This document shows positions 16,491-27,215 of a DNA stretch of 64,000 nucleotides, piece after piece; position 1 is the first letter of the stretch; the number at the start of each line of letters is the position of its first letter. The DNA is taken from contig CAWHIJ010000003.1 of NCBI GenBank assembly GCA_963829525.1, positions 640,001 to 704,000 of the forward strand. The letters run 5' to 3'. Below the pieces are notes generated by a model, which saw only the letters and a program-made list of their open reading frames with translations, was not told the origin of the DNA and ran no database searches. Position numbers and translations under genes: made by a program. This stretch comes from an uncultured Actinomycetota bacterium. Lineage in GTDB: Bacteria; Actinomycetota; Actinomycetes; JAHEKZ01.

Positions 16491-17468
16491 CTAGCCGTTC
16501 AGCCAGGCGTCCACCTTGTCGGGGTTGTCATCGATCCACTGCTGCGCAGCATCTTCGGGTGCCATCCCGTCTGCAGCGATGGCCTTGGCAACGGAGTTCT
16601 GGTCGTCGTTGGTCCAGGTGAAGTTCTTGACCAGGTCAGCGGCCGGGCTCCCGGAGTTCATGAACTCAGTCGCGGCGACCTTGTTCAGTGGATAGGGCGG
16701 GTAGTCGCACGCGACCTTGGCCGGATCGGCATCGCACCCATCGGTGTAGGGGGGCAGGTCGACCTTCACCAGCGGCACCTCGGAGAGGAACCACTGCGGC
16801 TCGTAGAAGTATCCGATCAGGAACTCCTTGTTCTGCTCGGCCTTGCGGAACGCCTGGATCAAAGCGGCTTCACTACCTGCGAAGACGACCTCGAAGTTCA
16901 GACCAAGGTTCTGCACGAGGGCCTCGTCGTTGGTGACGAAGGATGGGTCGCCGTCGAGCAGCTGGCCTTTGTCGCCGGTCTCTGCCGTGGCGAAGTCACT
17001 GGCGTAGTTGTTGAGGTTTTCCCAGTTGTCGACGATGTCAGGCTTGGCCTCGGCCAACCACGGCGGGATGTACCAGCCGATGACGCCCTGGTTGCCCTGG
17101 CTGCCGACGTCTTCAGCAACACCCTGCTGGTCGATGTACTTCTTCTCGAGGTCGGGGTGGCCCCAGTTCTCGATGACGACATCAACATCACCGGTGGCAA
17201 AGCCCTGCCAGGAGATCTCCTCCTTGAGGTCCTTGTAGTTGACCGTGCATCCCAGTTTGGTTTCCGCGACCTGGCCCACGACGTAGGCGGATGCCTCGTA
17301 GCCAACCCACGGGTTGACCGCCATATTCATCTCGCCGCAGTCTGCGCCGGAGGTGCTGCCGCCACCCGCGGACTCATTGATGTCGCTACCGCCACAGGCG
17401 GCCAGCGTGAGGCCGGCGGCGACGGCGACGGCCGTCATACGTCCGGCCCGCTTCTTCGTTACACGCAC
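16491..17468 (-). CDS. Glycine betaine/choline ABC transporter substrate-binding lipoprotein (ProX/OpuAC-like)
   Basis: LAAC lipobox, NPWVG, DVVIENW, YFYEPQW; GAAGGAG RBS before GTG 17468. Confidence 0.88.
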   Translation of the reverse strand: MRVTKKRAGRMTAVAVAAGLTLAACGGSDINESAGGGSTSGADCGEMNMAVNPWVGYEASAYVVGQVAETKLGCTVNYKDLKEEISWQGFATGDVDVVIENWGHPDLEKKYIDQQGVAEDVGSQGNQGVIGWYIPPWLAEAKPDIVDNWENLNNYASDFATAETGDKGQLLDGDPSFVTNDEALVQNLGLNFEVVFAGSEAALIQAFRKAEQNKEFLIGYFYEPQWFLSEVPLVKVDLPPYTDGCDADPAKVACDYPPYPLNKVAATEFMNSGSPAADLVKNFTWTNDDQNSVAKAIAADGMAPEDAAQQWIDDNPDKVDAWLNG

Positions 17469-17508
17469 TTCTTCTCCTTCGGTCGGGCCGCACGGTTGCG
17501 GCGTCGGT

Positions 17509-19680
17509 TCACGCCTTCTCAGCGCGTCCATAGCGCGCCGCAGTGTGGACGGTGATGCGGTCGAGCATGATCCCGAGCGCCGTGATGGCAATGGCTGCTG
17601 CCAGTCCCTTGCCGTAGAGCTCTCCTTGCGAGAACCCGCTGATCACGAGGAAGCCGAGACTGCCACCGCCGACCAGCGCGCCGATCACCACCATGGATAG
17701 CACAAAGAGCAACCCCTGGTTGGCTGCCAACACCATCGATCCCTTCGACATCGGCAGCTGTACCTTGCTGATCATCTGCCATCGGCTAGATCCGATGGCC
17801 TGTGCTGCCTCGACCGTGGTCGGTGCAACGCTGCGGATTCCGTCAGCGGCGATCTTGATCGAGACGGGAGCCGCGTAGAGCACAGCAGCGGCGATTGCCA
17901 GGAACTTACCCGGCGGGAACAGCAACAGCGCGGGGATGAGGTAGACCAGCGATGGCATGGTCTGCAGCAGGTCGAGAATGGGGCGTAGTGCGGAGTCCAC
18001 TCGGTGGCTGCGGCCCATCCAGGTTCCGATCACGACCCCAAAGATCATGACGGCGGCCGTCGCGACCAGTGTCATCGACAGGGTCACCATCGAGTCTTGC
18101 CACAGGCCGACGGCGAAGATGAGGGAGAGGCACACAGCAGTCGGGAGCAGCGCCTCGGCGGCGCCGAGGTACGCACCCGCGGCGAGGAGCGCCACGACGA
18201 CCAACCAGTAGGGGATCCACGGAATATCGGGCACCTGGGATGCGTAGTAGCCCGCTCCGAGAACTCCGGCGACGCAGAGTGCGCCACCACCGATGACTCG
18301 CGACCGATCAGCTTGGCCAGCTCCCCCGAGCAGCGCAGCAATCGCAAGGACGGCAAGTGCGACCAGCCACCAGGGTGAGTTCGCCATCAGGTCTTCGAGG
18401 GGGTTGAGCACCCAAACGGTGACGGTGTCGTTGACCCAAGTCGTGAAGGAACCAACGGCATCAGTGAATGTCTTCGCCCAGTCATTGACGCGGTCGGCGA
18501 TCTGCTGCCCGAGGTCAGACTTAGGGAAGACCGACCAGCTCAGCTGGCTGTGGGACACGTAGATGCAGACCAGGGTGATGGCGCCGAGCACGCCGAGCAC
18601 GATGCGGCGCTGCTTTTCACTGCTGCCGGACCTGGCAGTCATCTCCGCTCGCTGTCCCGCGCGCACCGCACCGCGGTCGAGCAGAATGGCCAAGATCACC
18701 AGGCACATCCCGGCGACGAATGCGACGCCGATGTTGAGGATGGTGAGAGCTCGCACGATTGGGAGTCCGAGCCCAGGACCGGCGATGAAGGCTGCGATAA
18801 CGGCCATCGAGAGGGCAGCCATGATGGTCTGGTTGAGCCCGACGATGATCGTCCGCCGAGACATCGGCAGCTGTACTTTGGCCAGCAGCTGTTGCGACGT
18901 TGAGCCCATAGATGTGGTGGCCTCCACGGTCGTTGGCGAGACCGTGCCCAACGCGTGTGCGGTGATGCGTACGAGGGGCGGCAACGCGTAGATCGTGGTC
19001 ACCACCACCGCTCCTGCATTGCCGATTCCGAAGAGCAGTGCGAGTGGCGCCAGATAGGCGAAGGACGGCATCGTCTGCATGGCGTCCAACACCGGCGTTA
19101 TGCCGGCCGAGGCTCTCCGGCTACGAAACATCCAGATGGCGAGCGGGATACCGATGAGCACGCAGATGGTGACCGATACGCCGGTAATGACCAGGGTGTC
19201 GATCGAGTCTTCCCAGTAACCCAGGTATCCCACTGCCAACATGGTGAATAGGCTGAAGACTGCGATGCGTATGCCGCTCAAGGCATAGGCAACAAGGACC
19301 ACGAGTGCGACGACACCGACCCAGCCGATCTGGGCGACTTGGAGCGGGCGGTCAGGGTCACTGACGAACACCTGTTGCAGCGTGGTCACCACCCAGTTGA
19401 GCCCGTCGCCGATCCAGATGAAGGGCTTGAGCAACCAGCTGTCGTTGAACTTTGCGTCCTGGATGTTGCCGTAGAGATCCGTCAGCCACTGTTGGAAGCC
19501 GGTGACTTCGGCATTGGGAAGGTCTTGGGTGGCTCGCCCCTGGAGCAGCTTTGCCAGGACCGCCCAGACAATGAGAACGATCCCGAGCGCCATCCAGCGA
19601 CGACGGTTCGTTCTCTCGTCCGGTGGGGGTGGTACCTCCTCGACCGGATGCTCCAGCTCGGCGAGCTCGATGGTCGTCAC
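17509..19680 (-). CDS. Betaine/choline ABC permease with two fused ProW-like domains
   Basis: Two copies of D..QTMPS..YL.P and an EAA-type loop followed by KVQLPMS. Confidence 0.88.
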   Translation of the reverse strand: MTTIELAELEHPVEEVPPPPDERTNRRRWMALGIVLIVWAVLAKLLQGRATQDLPNAEVTGFQQWLTDLYGNIQDAKFNDSWLLKPFIWIGDGLNWVVTTLQQVFVSDPDRPLQVAQIGWVGVVALVVLVAYALSGIRIAVFSLFTMLAVGYLGYWEDSIDTLVITGVSVTICVLIGIPLAIWMFRSRRASAGITPVLDAMQTMPSFAYLAPLALLFGIGNAGAVVVTTIYALPPLVRITAHALGTVSPTTVEATTSMGSTSQQLLAKVQLPMSRRTIIVGLNQTIMAALSMAVIAAFIAGPGLGLPIVRALTILNIGVAFVAGMCLVILAILLDRGAVRAGQRAEMTARSGSSEKQRRIVLGVLGAITLVCIYVSHSQLSWSVFPKSDLGQQIADRVNDWAKTFTDAVGSFTTWVNDTVTVWVLNPLEDLMANSPWWLVALAVLAIAALLGGAGQADRSRVIGGGALCVAGVLGAGYYASQVPDIPWIPYWLVVVALLAAGAYLGAAEALLPTAVCLSLIFAVGLWQDSMVTLSMTLVATAAVMIFGVVIGTWMGRSHRVDSALRPILDLLQTMPSLVYLIPALLLFPPGKFLAIAAAVLYAAPVSIKIAADGIRSVAPTTVEAAQAIGSSRWQMISKVQLPMSKGSMVLAANQGLLFVLSMVVIGALVGGGSLGFLVISGFSQGELYGKGLAAAIAITALGIMLDRITVHTAARYGRAEKA

Positions 19681-20750
19681 GACGGAGTCTCCTCCGCGAC
19701 GATGACGCGCAGAATGTCGTCCTGGTCGACGACGCCGAGCAGCTGCCCGTTCTCGACCACTTTGACGGGGTCAGCCGAGTCGAGCACGCGCCGGGCGGCG
19801 TCTCGGACGATGGTCCCCGGCGCCATCTCGGGCCCAGTCATGGCTTCGTCGGGACGTGGGGGCCGCATCACCCAGCTCAAGTTCAACACGTGCGAGCGCG
19901 GCACCTCGCTGACAAAGTCACGAACGTATTCGTCAGCCGGTGCACCGACGACCTCGGCCGGCGTCCCCATCTGCACGAGTGCGCCGTCGCGCATGATCAG
20001 TATTCGGTCACCGAGCTTGAGCGCCTCCGCGAGGTCGTGCGTGATGAAGACCATCGTCTTGCCCACCTCGTGGTGCAGCCGGATGACTTCGTTCTGCATA
20101 TCCCGCCGGATCAAGGGGTCGAGAGCGGAGAACGGCTCGTCGAAGAGCAAGACCGAGGGGTCGACCGCGAGTGCCCTGGCCAGGCCGACTCGCTGTTGCA
20201 TTCCACCCGAGAGCTGGTCGGGGTAGGCGTTCTCGTTACCGGAGAGCCCGACGAGGTCGACCATCTCCTGCGCCCGAGTCCGGCGATCGGACTTCGACAC
20301 TCCCCTGACCTCGAGTCCGTAGCCGATGTTGTCGATCACCTTGCGGTGGGGGAGTAGGCCGAAGTGCTGGAAGACCATGGAAACGTGGTGACGGCGGAGT
20401 TCGCGCAGTCGTCCTTCTGACATGGCAACGACGTCTTCGCCATCAATCGTTACGCGGCCGGCGGTCGGCTCGATCAGTCGGGTGAGGCAGCGCACCAGCG
20501 TCGACTTCCCCGAGCCGGACAGCCCCATCACCACGAAGACTTCGCCGGACGCGACGTCGAAGCTCACGTCACGGACGGCCGCAGTGCAGCCGGTCTTCGC
20601 GAGCAGCTCCGATCGCGAGAGATCGGCGTCCGGTGAGCCGACGATCTTGTCGGCCCTCGGACCGAATACCTTCCAGAGGCTCCGAACCGTCAGGGCAGGC
20701 TGGCCGTCAGTGGACGCGGCAGCGCCCCGCTCGTCGATCGTCGCCGTCAT
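19677..20750 (-). CDS. Betaine/choline ABC ATP-binding protein (ProV-like)
   Basis: [30 protein letters not shown]. Confidence 0.93.
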   Translation of the reverse strand: MTATIDERGAAASTDGQPALTVRSLWKVFGPRADKIVGSPDADLSRSELLAKTGCTAAVRDVSFDVASGEVFVVMGLSGSGKSTLVRCLTRLIEPTAGRVTIDGEDVVAMSEGRLRELRRHHVSMVFQHFGLLPHRKVIDNIGYGLEVRGVSKSDRRTRAQEMVDLVGLSGNENAYPDQLSGGMQQRVGLARALAVDPSVLLFDEPFSALDPLIRRDMQNEVIRLHHEVGKTMVFITHDLAEALKLGDRILIMRDGALVQMGTPAEVVGAPADEYVRDFVSEVPRSHVLNLSWVMRPPRPDEAMTGPEMAPGTIVRDAARRVLDSADPVKVVENGQLLGVVDQDDILRVIVAEETPS

Positions 20751-22447
20751 GAGGCAGCTCCTTCGTTACGGGGATCGCCTGGTGGATAGAGCGGGGTGCC
20801 CTCGCGGTAGCGGTAGAACGGGGCATCGGACGGTGCGAGCGGTGCGTCACCGTTGATCAGGTCGGCGGCCTTCTCGGCGAGCATCATCACCGGCGCATAG
20901 ATGTTGCCGTTGGTGACGTATGGGAACGAACTTGCGTCAACAACGCGCAGGCCTTCGACGTCGTAGACCTTCATCGACGCCGGATCGAGAACAGCGTCAT
21001 CGCCAACGCCCATCTTGGCGGTGCATGAGGGGTGGAGCGCGGTCTCGGCGTCCTCGCGCACCCACTCGAGAATCTCTTCCTCGGTCTCAACCGATGGTCC
21101 TGGGGAAAGCTCGCCATCGTTGAAAGGGCCGAAGGCGGGCTGGGTGAGAATGCTGCGCGCCACCTGGATCGCTTCGACCCACTCACGTCGATCCTGGTCG
21201 GTGGAGAGGTAGTTGAACTGCATCGACGGGTGCTCCATCGGGTCGGTGGAGCGGATCTTCACCCAGCCGCGCGCATCGGAGTACATCGGACCGATGTGCA
21301 CCTGGTAACCGTGGCCCTTGGTCGGTGAGGTGCCGTCATACCTGATGGCGATCGGTAAGAAGTGGAACATCAAGTTGGGATAGTCGACGTCGTCGTTGCT
21401 ACGGGTGAAGCCGCCGCCCTCGAAGTGGTTGGTGGCACCGAGCCCCTTGCGCTGGAAGAGCCATTGGGCGCCGATGCCTGGCCGCTTCCACCAGGCCAGC
21501 CCTGGCGCAATCGAGACCGGCAGCTTGCTGGCGTACTGGATGTAGACCTCCAGGTGGTCCTGGAGGTTGGCGCCAACGCCGGGAAGGTCGGCGACCACGG
21601 GAATCCCGAGCGACTGGAGATGGCTGGCGTCGCCGACTCCGGACAGCTGCAGGAGCTGAGGTGAGTTGATGGCGCCGCCACAGAGAATGACTTCGCCGGC
21701 CTTCACCGAACGCTTCATGCGTCCGGCACGGACGTACTCGACGCCGACGGCACGCTTACCCTCGAAGACCACCTTGGTGGCGTGAGCGAGAGTTTCAACA
21801 TCGAGGTTCTTACGGCCCATAACCGGGTGCAGATAGGCACGGGCTGCGCTGAGCCTGCGGCCTTTGTGGATGTTGCGGTCGAACCTGGCGAAGCCTTCTT
21901 GCCGGTAGCCGTTCACGTCATCGGTGAGGGGGTAGCCAGCCTGCTGTGCAGCTTCGAAGAAGGCGCCGAAGAGGGGGTTGGTGGCCGGTCCGCGTTCGAG
22001 TACGAGCGGGCCGCTGCCGCCGCGCCATTGGTCAGCACCAGCGAGGCAGGTCTCCATGCGCTTGAAGTAGGGCAGGCAGTGAGCAAAGTCCCAGTTCTCC
22101 ATGCCCTTGTCGGCGCCCCAGCGTTCGTAGTCCATGGGGTTGCCGCGCTGGAAGATCATCCCGTTGATGCTGCTGGAGCCGCCGAGCACCTTGCCGCGGG
22201 CGTGAAAGACACGGCGGTTGTTCATGTACGGCTCGGGGTCGGTCTCGTAACGCCAGTCGTAGAACCGGCTACCGATCGGGAAGGGCAACGCGGCCGGCAT
22301 GTGAATGAAGGGGTCCCAGATGAAGTCAGGGTGGCCCGCCTCGAGCACCAGAACTGAGGTGCCGGGGTCGGCGCTCAGGCGGTTGGCCAGTGCAGATCCG
22401 GCCGACCCACCGCCGACGATGACGATGTCGTAGCGCTCATCGCTCAT
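20747..22447 (-). CDS. betA: Choline dehydrogenase
   Basis: [43 protein letters not shown] (GMC family). Confidence 0.93.
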   Translation of the reverse strand: MSDERYDIVIVGGGSAGSALANRLSADPGTSVLVLEAGHPDFIWDPFIHMPAALPFPIGSRFYDWRYETDPEPYMNNRRVFHARGKVLGGSSSINGMIFQRGNPMDYERWGADKGMENWDFAHCLPYFKRMETCLAGADQWRGGSGPLVLERGPATNPLFGAFFEAAQQAGYPLTDDVNGYRQEGFARFDRNIHKGRRLSAARAYLHPVMGRKNLDVETLAHATKVVFEGKRAVGVEYVRAGRMKRSVKAGEVILCGGAINSPQLLQLSGVGDASHLQSLGIPVVADLPGVGANLQDHLEVYIQYASKLPVSIAPGLAWWKRPGIGAQWLFQRKGLGATNHFEGGGFTRSNDDVDYPNLMFHFLPIAIRYDGTSPTKGHGYQVHIGPMYSDARGWVKIRSTDPMEHPSMQFNYLSTDQDRREWVEAIQVARSILTQPAFGPFNDGELSPGPSVETEEEILEWVREDAETALHPSCTAKMGVGDDAVLDPASMKVYDVEGLRVVDASSFPYVTNGNIYAPVMMLAEKAADLINGDAPLAPSDAPFYRYREGTPLYPPGDPRNEGAAS

Positions 22448-22482
22448 CTTGCTGCTCCATCACTCGAAGTCCGTTCTGTCAT

Positions 22483-23952
22483 TCAGCCACTGAACCAGCG
22501 CTGAGGGGCTGGCGCGGTGTTACGCCAGATGTGCTTGGTCTCTTGGTACTCCGCGAGTCCGTGGCGTCCGAGCTCGCGACCGAAGCCGGACTGCTTGTAG
22601 CCGCCCCACTCTGCTTGGGGGACGTACGGGTGGTAGTCGTTGATCCAGACGGTGCCTGCGCGAAGCCCGGCAGCCACGCGGTCGGCCTTTGCGGGGTCAG
22701 AAGTCCAAACGGCGCCCGCCAGGCCGTAGTCGGTGTCGTTGGCCAGACGCAGGGCCTCGGCCTCGTCGGTGAACGTCTCGACAGTCAGCACAGGCCCGAA
22801 CGACTCTTCGCGGACAACCTGCATGTCCGCTGTACAGCGGTCGAACACCGTTGGTGGGTAGTAGTAGCCGCCGGCGAGCTCGGGGGCATCGGGCCGGGCT
22901 CCTCCACAACGAAGCACCGCTCCTTCGGCAATGCCTGCCGCGACGTAGGCCTCCACCTTCGCGCGGTGCCCTTCGGAGGTGAGGGGACCGGTCTCGGCCC
23001 TGGCGTCGAAGGGACCGCCCATGCGGATCGTCGACGCCCGACGAACAAGCTCGTCGACGAAGTCGTCGTGGAGCGACTCCTCGATCAGCAGCCGAGCGCC
23101 CGCCGAGCACACCTGGCCCGAGTGGAGGAACACTGCGGTTAGTGCCATGTCGAGTGCTGCATCACGGTCGGCGTCAGCGAAGACGATGTTCGGGTTCTTG
23201 CCGCCGAGCTCGAGTGAGACCTTCTTCACGGTGGGAGCGGCCGCCGCCATGATGATGCGTCCGGTGACCAGTCCGCCGGTGAAGGAGACCAGGTCTACGT
23301 CGGGGTGAGTCGACAACAGGGCGCCGACGTTAGGCCCTGTGCCGAGCACCAAGTTCGCGACGCCCGGTGGCAATCCGGCGGCATCTAGCTCGCGCATGAG
23401 CAGGATGGCCGTTGACGGCGTCAGCTCACTCGGCTTGAGGACGAAGGTGTTGCCGGCGGCCAACGCTGGAGCAACTTTCCACGAGGTCTGCAGCAATGGG
23501 TAGTTCCACGGCGTGATCAGCCCGCAGACGCCGACCGGTTCGTGAACAATGCGGCTTTCGACATCGGGACGGTCCACTTCGATGGCGCGGGAGTCGAGGT
23601 CGGTGGCGAGCTTGGCGTAATAGCGGAATACCGAGGTGATGTCGTCCATGTCGTACTCGGCCTCGACGAGGCGCTTGCCGGTGTCGAGGGCCTCCGCCCT
23701 CGCGAACTCGGCCCGGTGTCTCTCAAGGGCGTCGGCGACACGGTCTAAAAGGGCACCGCGCTCAGCGGGAGAAGTGGTTGGCCACGGTCCAGTGTCAAAT
23801 GCGGTCCGAGCGGCCGAGATCGCGTCTTCGGTGTCCGCGGCCGTGCCTTCATCAACGGTTGTCACCAGTGAGCCGTCAGCGGGGCAGCGAATCTCTCGCG
23901 TGTTCTGTTCACGCGCGCTGGTCCATGCCCCGCCGATGAAGAAGTCGGGCAC
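22483..23952 (-). CDS. betB: Aldehyde dehydrogenase, probably betaine-aldehyde dehydrogenase
   Basis: PWNYP, LELGGKNP, GQVCSAG, EESFGP; upstream of betA; GAGGGGA RBS before GTG 23952. Confidence 0.82.
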   Translation of the reverse strand: MPDFFIGGAWTSAREQNTREIRCPADGSLVTTVDEGTAADTEDAISAARTAFDTGPWPTTSPAERGALLDRVADALERHRAEFARAEALDTGKRLVEAEYDMDDITSVFRYYAKLATDLDSRAIEVDRPDVESRIVHEPVGVCGLITPWNYPLLQTSWKVAPALAAGNTFVLKPSELTPSTAILLMRELDAAGLPPGVANLVLGTGPNVGALLSTHPDVDLVSFTGGLVTGRIIMAAAAPTVKKVSLELGGKNPNIVFADADRDAALDMALTAVFLHSGQVCSAGARLLIEESLHDDFVDELVRRASTIRMGGPFDARAETGPLTSEGHRAKVEAYVAAGIAEGAVLRCGGARPDAPELAGGYYYPPTVFDRCTADMQVVREESFGPVLTVETFTDEAEALRLANDTDYGLAGAVWTSDPAKADRVAAGLRAGTVWINDYHPYVPQAEWGGYKQSGFGRELGRHGLAEYQETKHIWRNTAPAPQRWFSG

Positions 23953-23970
23953 GCGGCTCCCCTCGGTTGC

Positions 23971-24009
23971 GGTGTGACACACCATGCAGGCGGAGCCCCG
24001 TCCCGTCAA
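23971..24009 (-). promoter_or_regulatory. Candidate bet operon promoter with overlapping inverted repeat
   Basis: Minus strand TTGACG-17 bp-CATGGT; GGTGTG-A-CACACC (23971-23983) overlaps the -10/+1 region. Confidence 0.45.
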
Positions 24010-24082
24010 TAGAACGTTGCGGTGCCGTGACGTTCGTTCCACGCGGTGTCGTCCCGGGAGGAATCGGTCTAATCTCCCCTGC

Positions 24083-24526
24083 ATGACCGATCAGCAGCGT
24101 TCGTTGGCCGTCCAGTACTTCAACCAGACCTGGGATTTGATCGACCAGTCTGGGCGAACACCAGCCGATGACCGCAGGATGCTGGGTCTGGCCATGGCGA
24201 GCCGCGCCCTCTGGGATGACATTGGTGGCAATGAGCAGTGGATCACCGGCGACTGGCAGGTGGCGCACGTTGCCGCGCTCACCGGTCACGCCGACTTGTC
24301 GCTCGATTTTGCTGCGGCCGCCTACGAGCGGGCGTCCCAGGCCGACGTCCCGCTCTGGATGAGGGCGTCAACGTGTGAGGGACTGGCCAGGGCGCATGCG
24401 GCAGCCGGCCACGCCGCAGAGCGCGACGCGTGGGTGCTCAAGGCCCGCGAGCTGCTGGAGCAGGTCGACGACGCCGAGGACCGGTCCTTGATCGAGGGGC
24501 AGCTGGCCACCGTCGACGGAACGTGA
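24083..24526 (+). CDS. Hypothetical alpha-helical protein, probably leaderless
   Basis: Protein-like ORF (FNQTWDLID...ASRALW...EGLARA); TAATCT 7 nt before ATG; stop overlaps next start (GTGA). Confidence 0.75.
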   Translation: MTDQQRSLAVQYFNQTWDLIDQSGRTPADDRRMLGLAMASRALWDDIGGNEQWITGDWQVAHVAALTGHADLSLDFAAAAYERASQADVPLWMRASTCEGLARAHAAAGHAAERDAWVLKARELLEQVDDAEDRSLIEGQLATVDGT

Positions 24527-27207
24527 CGCTTGCTGGCCCAGGGCTACCGTCCGGGGACGCCCACCACGCTCTGACAGCACACGAGGTGCTGCTCATTCTG
24601 GGGAGCGACCCGGAGAGTGGCCTCGGCGACGCTGAGGCGCGTCGCCGGCTCAACCGGTTCGGGCCCAACCGGCTACCACCTGTCTCCGACGTCGGCTGGG
24701 TCCTCCGCGTGGCCCGCCAGTTCCACAATCCGCTGATCTACGTCCTGGTCGTGGCCGGCTTGGTCACGGCTGCACTTGGCGAGCTCGTCGAGTCGGTGGT
24801 GATCTTCGGCGTCGTTCTGGTCAACGCGACGGTCGGCTTCCTTCAGGAGTCAAGGGCCGAGGCAGCTTTGGATGCCCTCAGCGAGCTGGTCCGTACTAGC
24901 GCCAGGGTCGTGCGGGGCGGCCGCACCATCGTGGTCGACTCGGAGGCCCTGGTGCCCGGGGACGTGGTGCGGATCAAGGCTGGGGACAAGGTTCCCGCGG
25001 ACCTACGACTCACTGGCGAGACCGATGTAGAGGTGGACGAATCCGCCCTTACGGGGGAGTCCGAGCCCGTGGTCAAGGATGAGGTCACCCTCAAGGCCGC
25101 CACCGTCGTCGCTGACCGACGCAACATGCTCTACTCCGGGACGCTGGTGACGCGCGGGATCGGTCTTGGGGTTGTGGTGTCCACAGGCGGGGACACCGAA
25201 CTCGGCCAGATCCACCGTCTGGTTGGCTCGGTGGACCCCCTGGCAACTCCCCTCACTCGACGTCTCGATGAGTTCAGCCGGATCCTCACGATGATCATCC
25301 TGGCGTTGGCTGTGATGACGTTCGGGATCGGAGTGTGGCGAGGCGAGCCTTGGCCAGAGATGTTCACCGCCGCGGTCGCCTTGGCTGTCGGCGCAATTCC
25401 GGAGGGGCTGCCAGCAGCGGTGACGATCACGCTGGCGATCGGTGTGAGACGCATGGCGCGTCGTCAGGCGGTCGTTCGCCGGCTGCCGGCCGTAGAGACT
25501 CTGGGCAGCACAACCGTCATCTGTACCGACAAGACCGGAACGCTCACCGAGAACTCGATGACCGTGGTCGAAGTCTGGACGCCGGAATCTCGCTACTTCG
25601 TCGAAGGCGCGGGATACGCGTCCGAGGGCTCGGTGACACATGGAAGCGGTGATCGTGCCTGCGTGGACGATGACGCCGCCCTCGGGGCGCTGGCTGAGGT
25701 GGGCGTCCTCTGCAGCGACGCGGAGCTCTCGGAAAGCCAACCCCGCCGACCAGTAGGTGACCCCACCGAGGGAGCACTCCTGGTTGTGGCCGAAAAACTC
25801 GACCTTGTTCCCGCTGAGCTGCGGGCAACGTGGATTCGAAGCGACGTGGTCCCGTTCAGTTCCGACGAGCGGTGCATGCAAGTTCAGTGTGGTAACGGGT
25901 CCGCTGAACGCGTCCTGGTGAAGGGAGCTGTCGAACGGGTCCTCAGCCTGAGTAGCCAGCAGTTGACGGCGGACGGCCGTGTCACGGCCTTAGACCCTGA
26001 CGAGATCCTTCGGAAGGCAGAGCAACTCGCTGGGCGAGGCCTTCGCGTGATCGCCGGTGGTACGCGACAGGGTGCACTCGCCGACGAGAGCTCACTTGTG
26101 TTCGTCGGACTCTTCGCGATGCACGATCCGCCTAGGCCGACGGCGAAGACCGCGGTTGGCGCCTGCCGGACCGCTGGGATCGCGGTGAAGATGATCACAG
26201 GTGACCATGTGTCCACGGCGCTTGCCGTCGCTCGCTCGGTCGGTGTCGTTGGTTCGGAGGAGGATGGCCGCGTCCTCGAGGGGGCCGACCTGGCGAAAAT
26301 CCCGAACGATGAACTCGCTGGGCGGATTGAGGAGACCGACGTCTTCGCGCGGGTGTCCCCAGAGCAGAAGCTTCAACTGGTCCGATCCCTGCAGGAGCAC
26401 CATCACGTTGTCGCGATGACCGGCGACGGCGTGAATGACGCGCCAGCACTACGACAAGCCGACATCGGTGTGGCTATGGGGTTCGGCGGTACCGAGGTGG
26501 CCAAAGAGGCAGCCGACATGGTCCTCACCGACGACGACTTCGCGACCATCGAAGCGGCGGTCGAGGAGGGGCGGGGAGTTTTCGACAATCTCACGAAGTT
26601 CATCGTCTGGACCCTGCCGACGAACATGGGCGAGGGGCTTGTGGTTTTGTCGGCCATCCTCATCGGCGCAACGTTGCCCATCCTGCCGGTGCAGATCCTC
26701 TGGATCAACATGACCACTGCCGTTGCGCTAGGACTGATGCTGGCGTTCGAGCCCAAGGAGACCGGAATCATGACCCGGCCTCCGCGAGATTCACACGCCC
26801 CACTTCTAAGTCGGCGGCTCGTCGTGCGGATCCTGCTCGTTTCTGCCCTGCTGGTGGCTGGAACGTGGTGGGTCTTCGAGTGGGAGCTGGCGACTGGAGC
26901 GTCCGAGTCGGTGGCACGAACCGCGGCGGTGAACCTGTTCGTGGTCGTCGAGGCGTTCTACCTCATCAACTGCCGAAGTCTGAACTCCTCGGTCTGGACG
27001 ATCGGATGGTTCAGCAACCGCTGGGTGCTGGGCGGACTCGCCGTGCAGGCCATTGGCCAGCTTGCGTTCACTTACCTGCCGGTGATGAATGGCCTGTTCG
27101 ACTCGGCACCGATCAACGGTGAGACGTGGCTGCGCGTCCTTGTGATCGGCCTCTTGGCCTGGGTGATCGTTACCGTCGACAAGCGCGTCCAGCGTGGTCA
27201 CTTCTGA
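24523..27207 (+). CDS. Cation-transporting P-type ATPase (P2A, CtpF-like)
   Basis: TGES, IPEGLP, DKTGT, KGA, TGD, GDGVND motifs. Confidence 0.93.
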   Translation: MTLAGPGLPSGDAHHALTAHEVLLILGSDPESGLGDAEARRRLNRFGPNRLPPVSDVGWVLRVARQFHNPLIYVLVVAGLVTAALGELVESVVIFGVVLVNATVGFLQESRAEAALDALSELVRTSARVVRGGRTIVVDSEALVPGDVVRIKAGDKVPADLRLTGETDVEVDESALTGESEPVVKDEVTLKAATVVADRRNMLYSGTLVTRGIGLGVVVSTGGDTELGQIHRLVGSVDPLATPLTRRLDEFSRILTMIILALAVMTFGIGVWRGEPWPEMFTAAVALAVGAIPEGLPAAVTITLAIGVRRMARRQAVVRRLPAVETLGSTTVICTDKTGTLTENSMTVVEVWTPESRYFVEGAGYASEGSVTHGSGDRACVDDDAALGALAEVGVLCSDAELSESQPRRPVGDPTEGALLVVAEKLDLVPAELRATWIRSDVVPFSSDERCMQVQCGNGSAERVLVKGAVERVLSLSSQQLTADGRVTALDPDEILRKAEQLAGRGLRVIAGGTRQGALADESSLVFVGLFAMHDPPRPTAKTAVGACRTAGIAVKMITGDHVSTALAVARSVGVVGSEEDGRVLEGADLAKIPNDELAGRIEETDVFARVSPEQKLQLVRSLQEHHHVVAMTGDGVNDAPALRQADIGVAMGFGGTEVAKEAADMVLTDDDFATIEAAVEEGRGVFDNLTKFIVWTLPTNMGEGLVVLSAILIGATLPILPVQILWINMTTAVALGLMLAFEPKETGIMTRPPRDSHAPLLSRRLVVRILLVSALLVAGTWWVFEWELATGASESVARTAAVNLFVVVEAFYLINCRSLNSSVWTIGWFSNRWVLGGLAVQAIGQLAFTYLPVMNGLFDSAPINGETWLRVLVIGLLAWVIVTVDKRVQRGHF

Positions 27208-27215
27208 GGGTGTGG

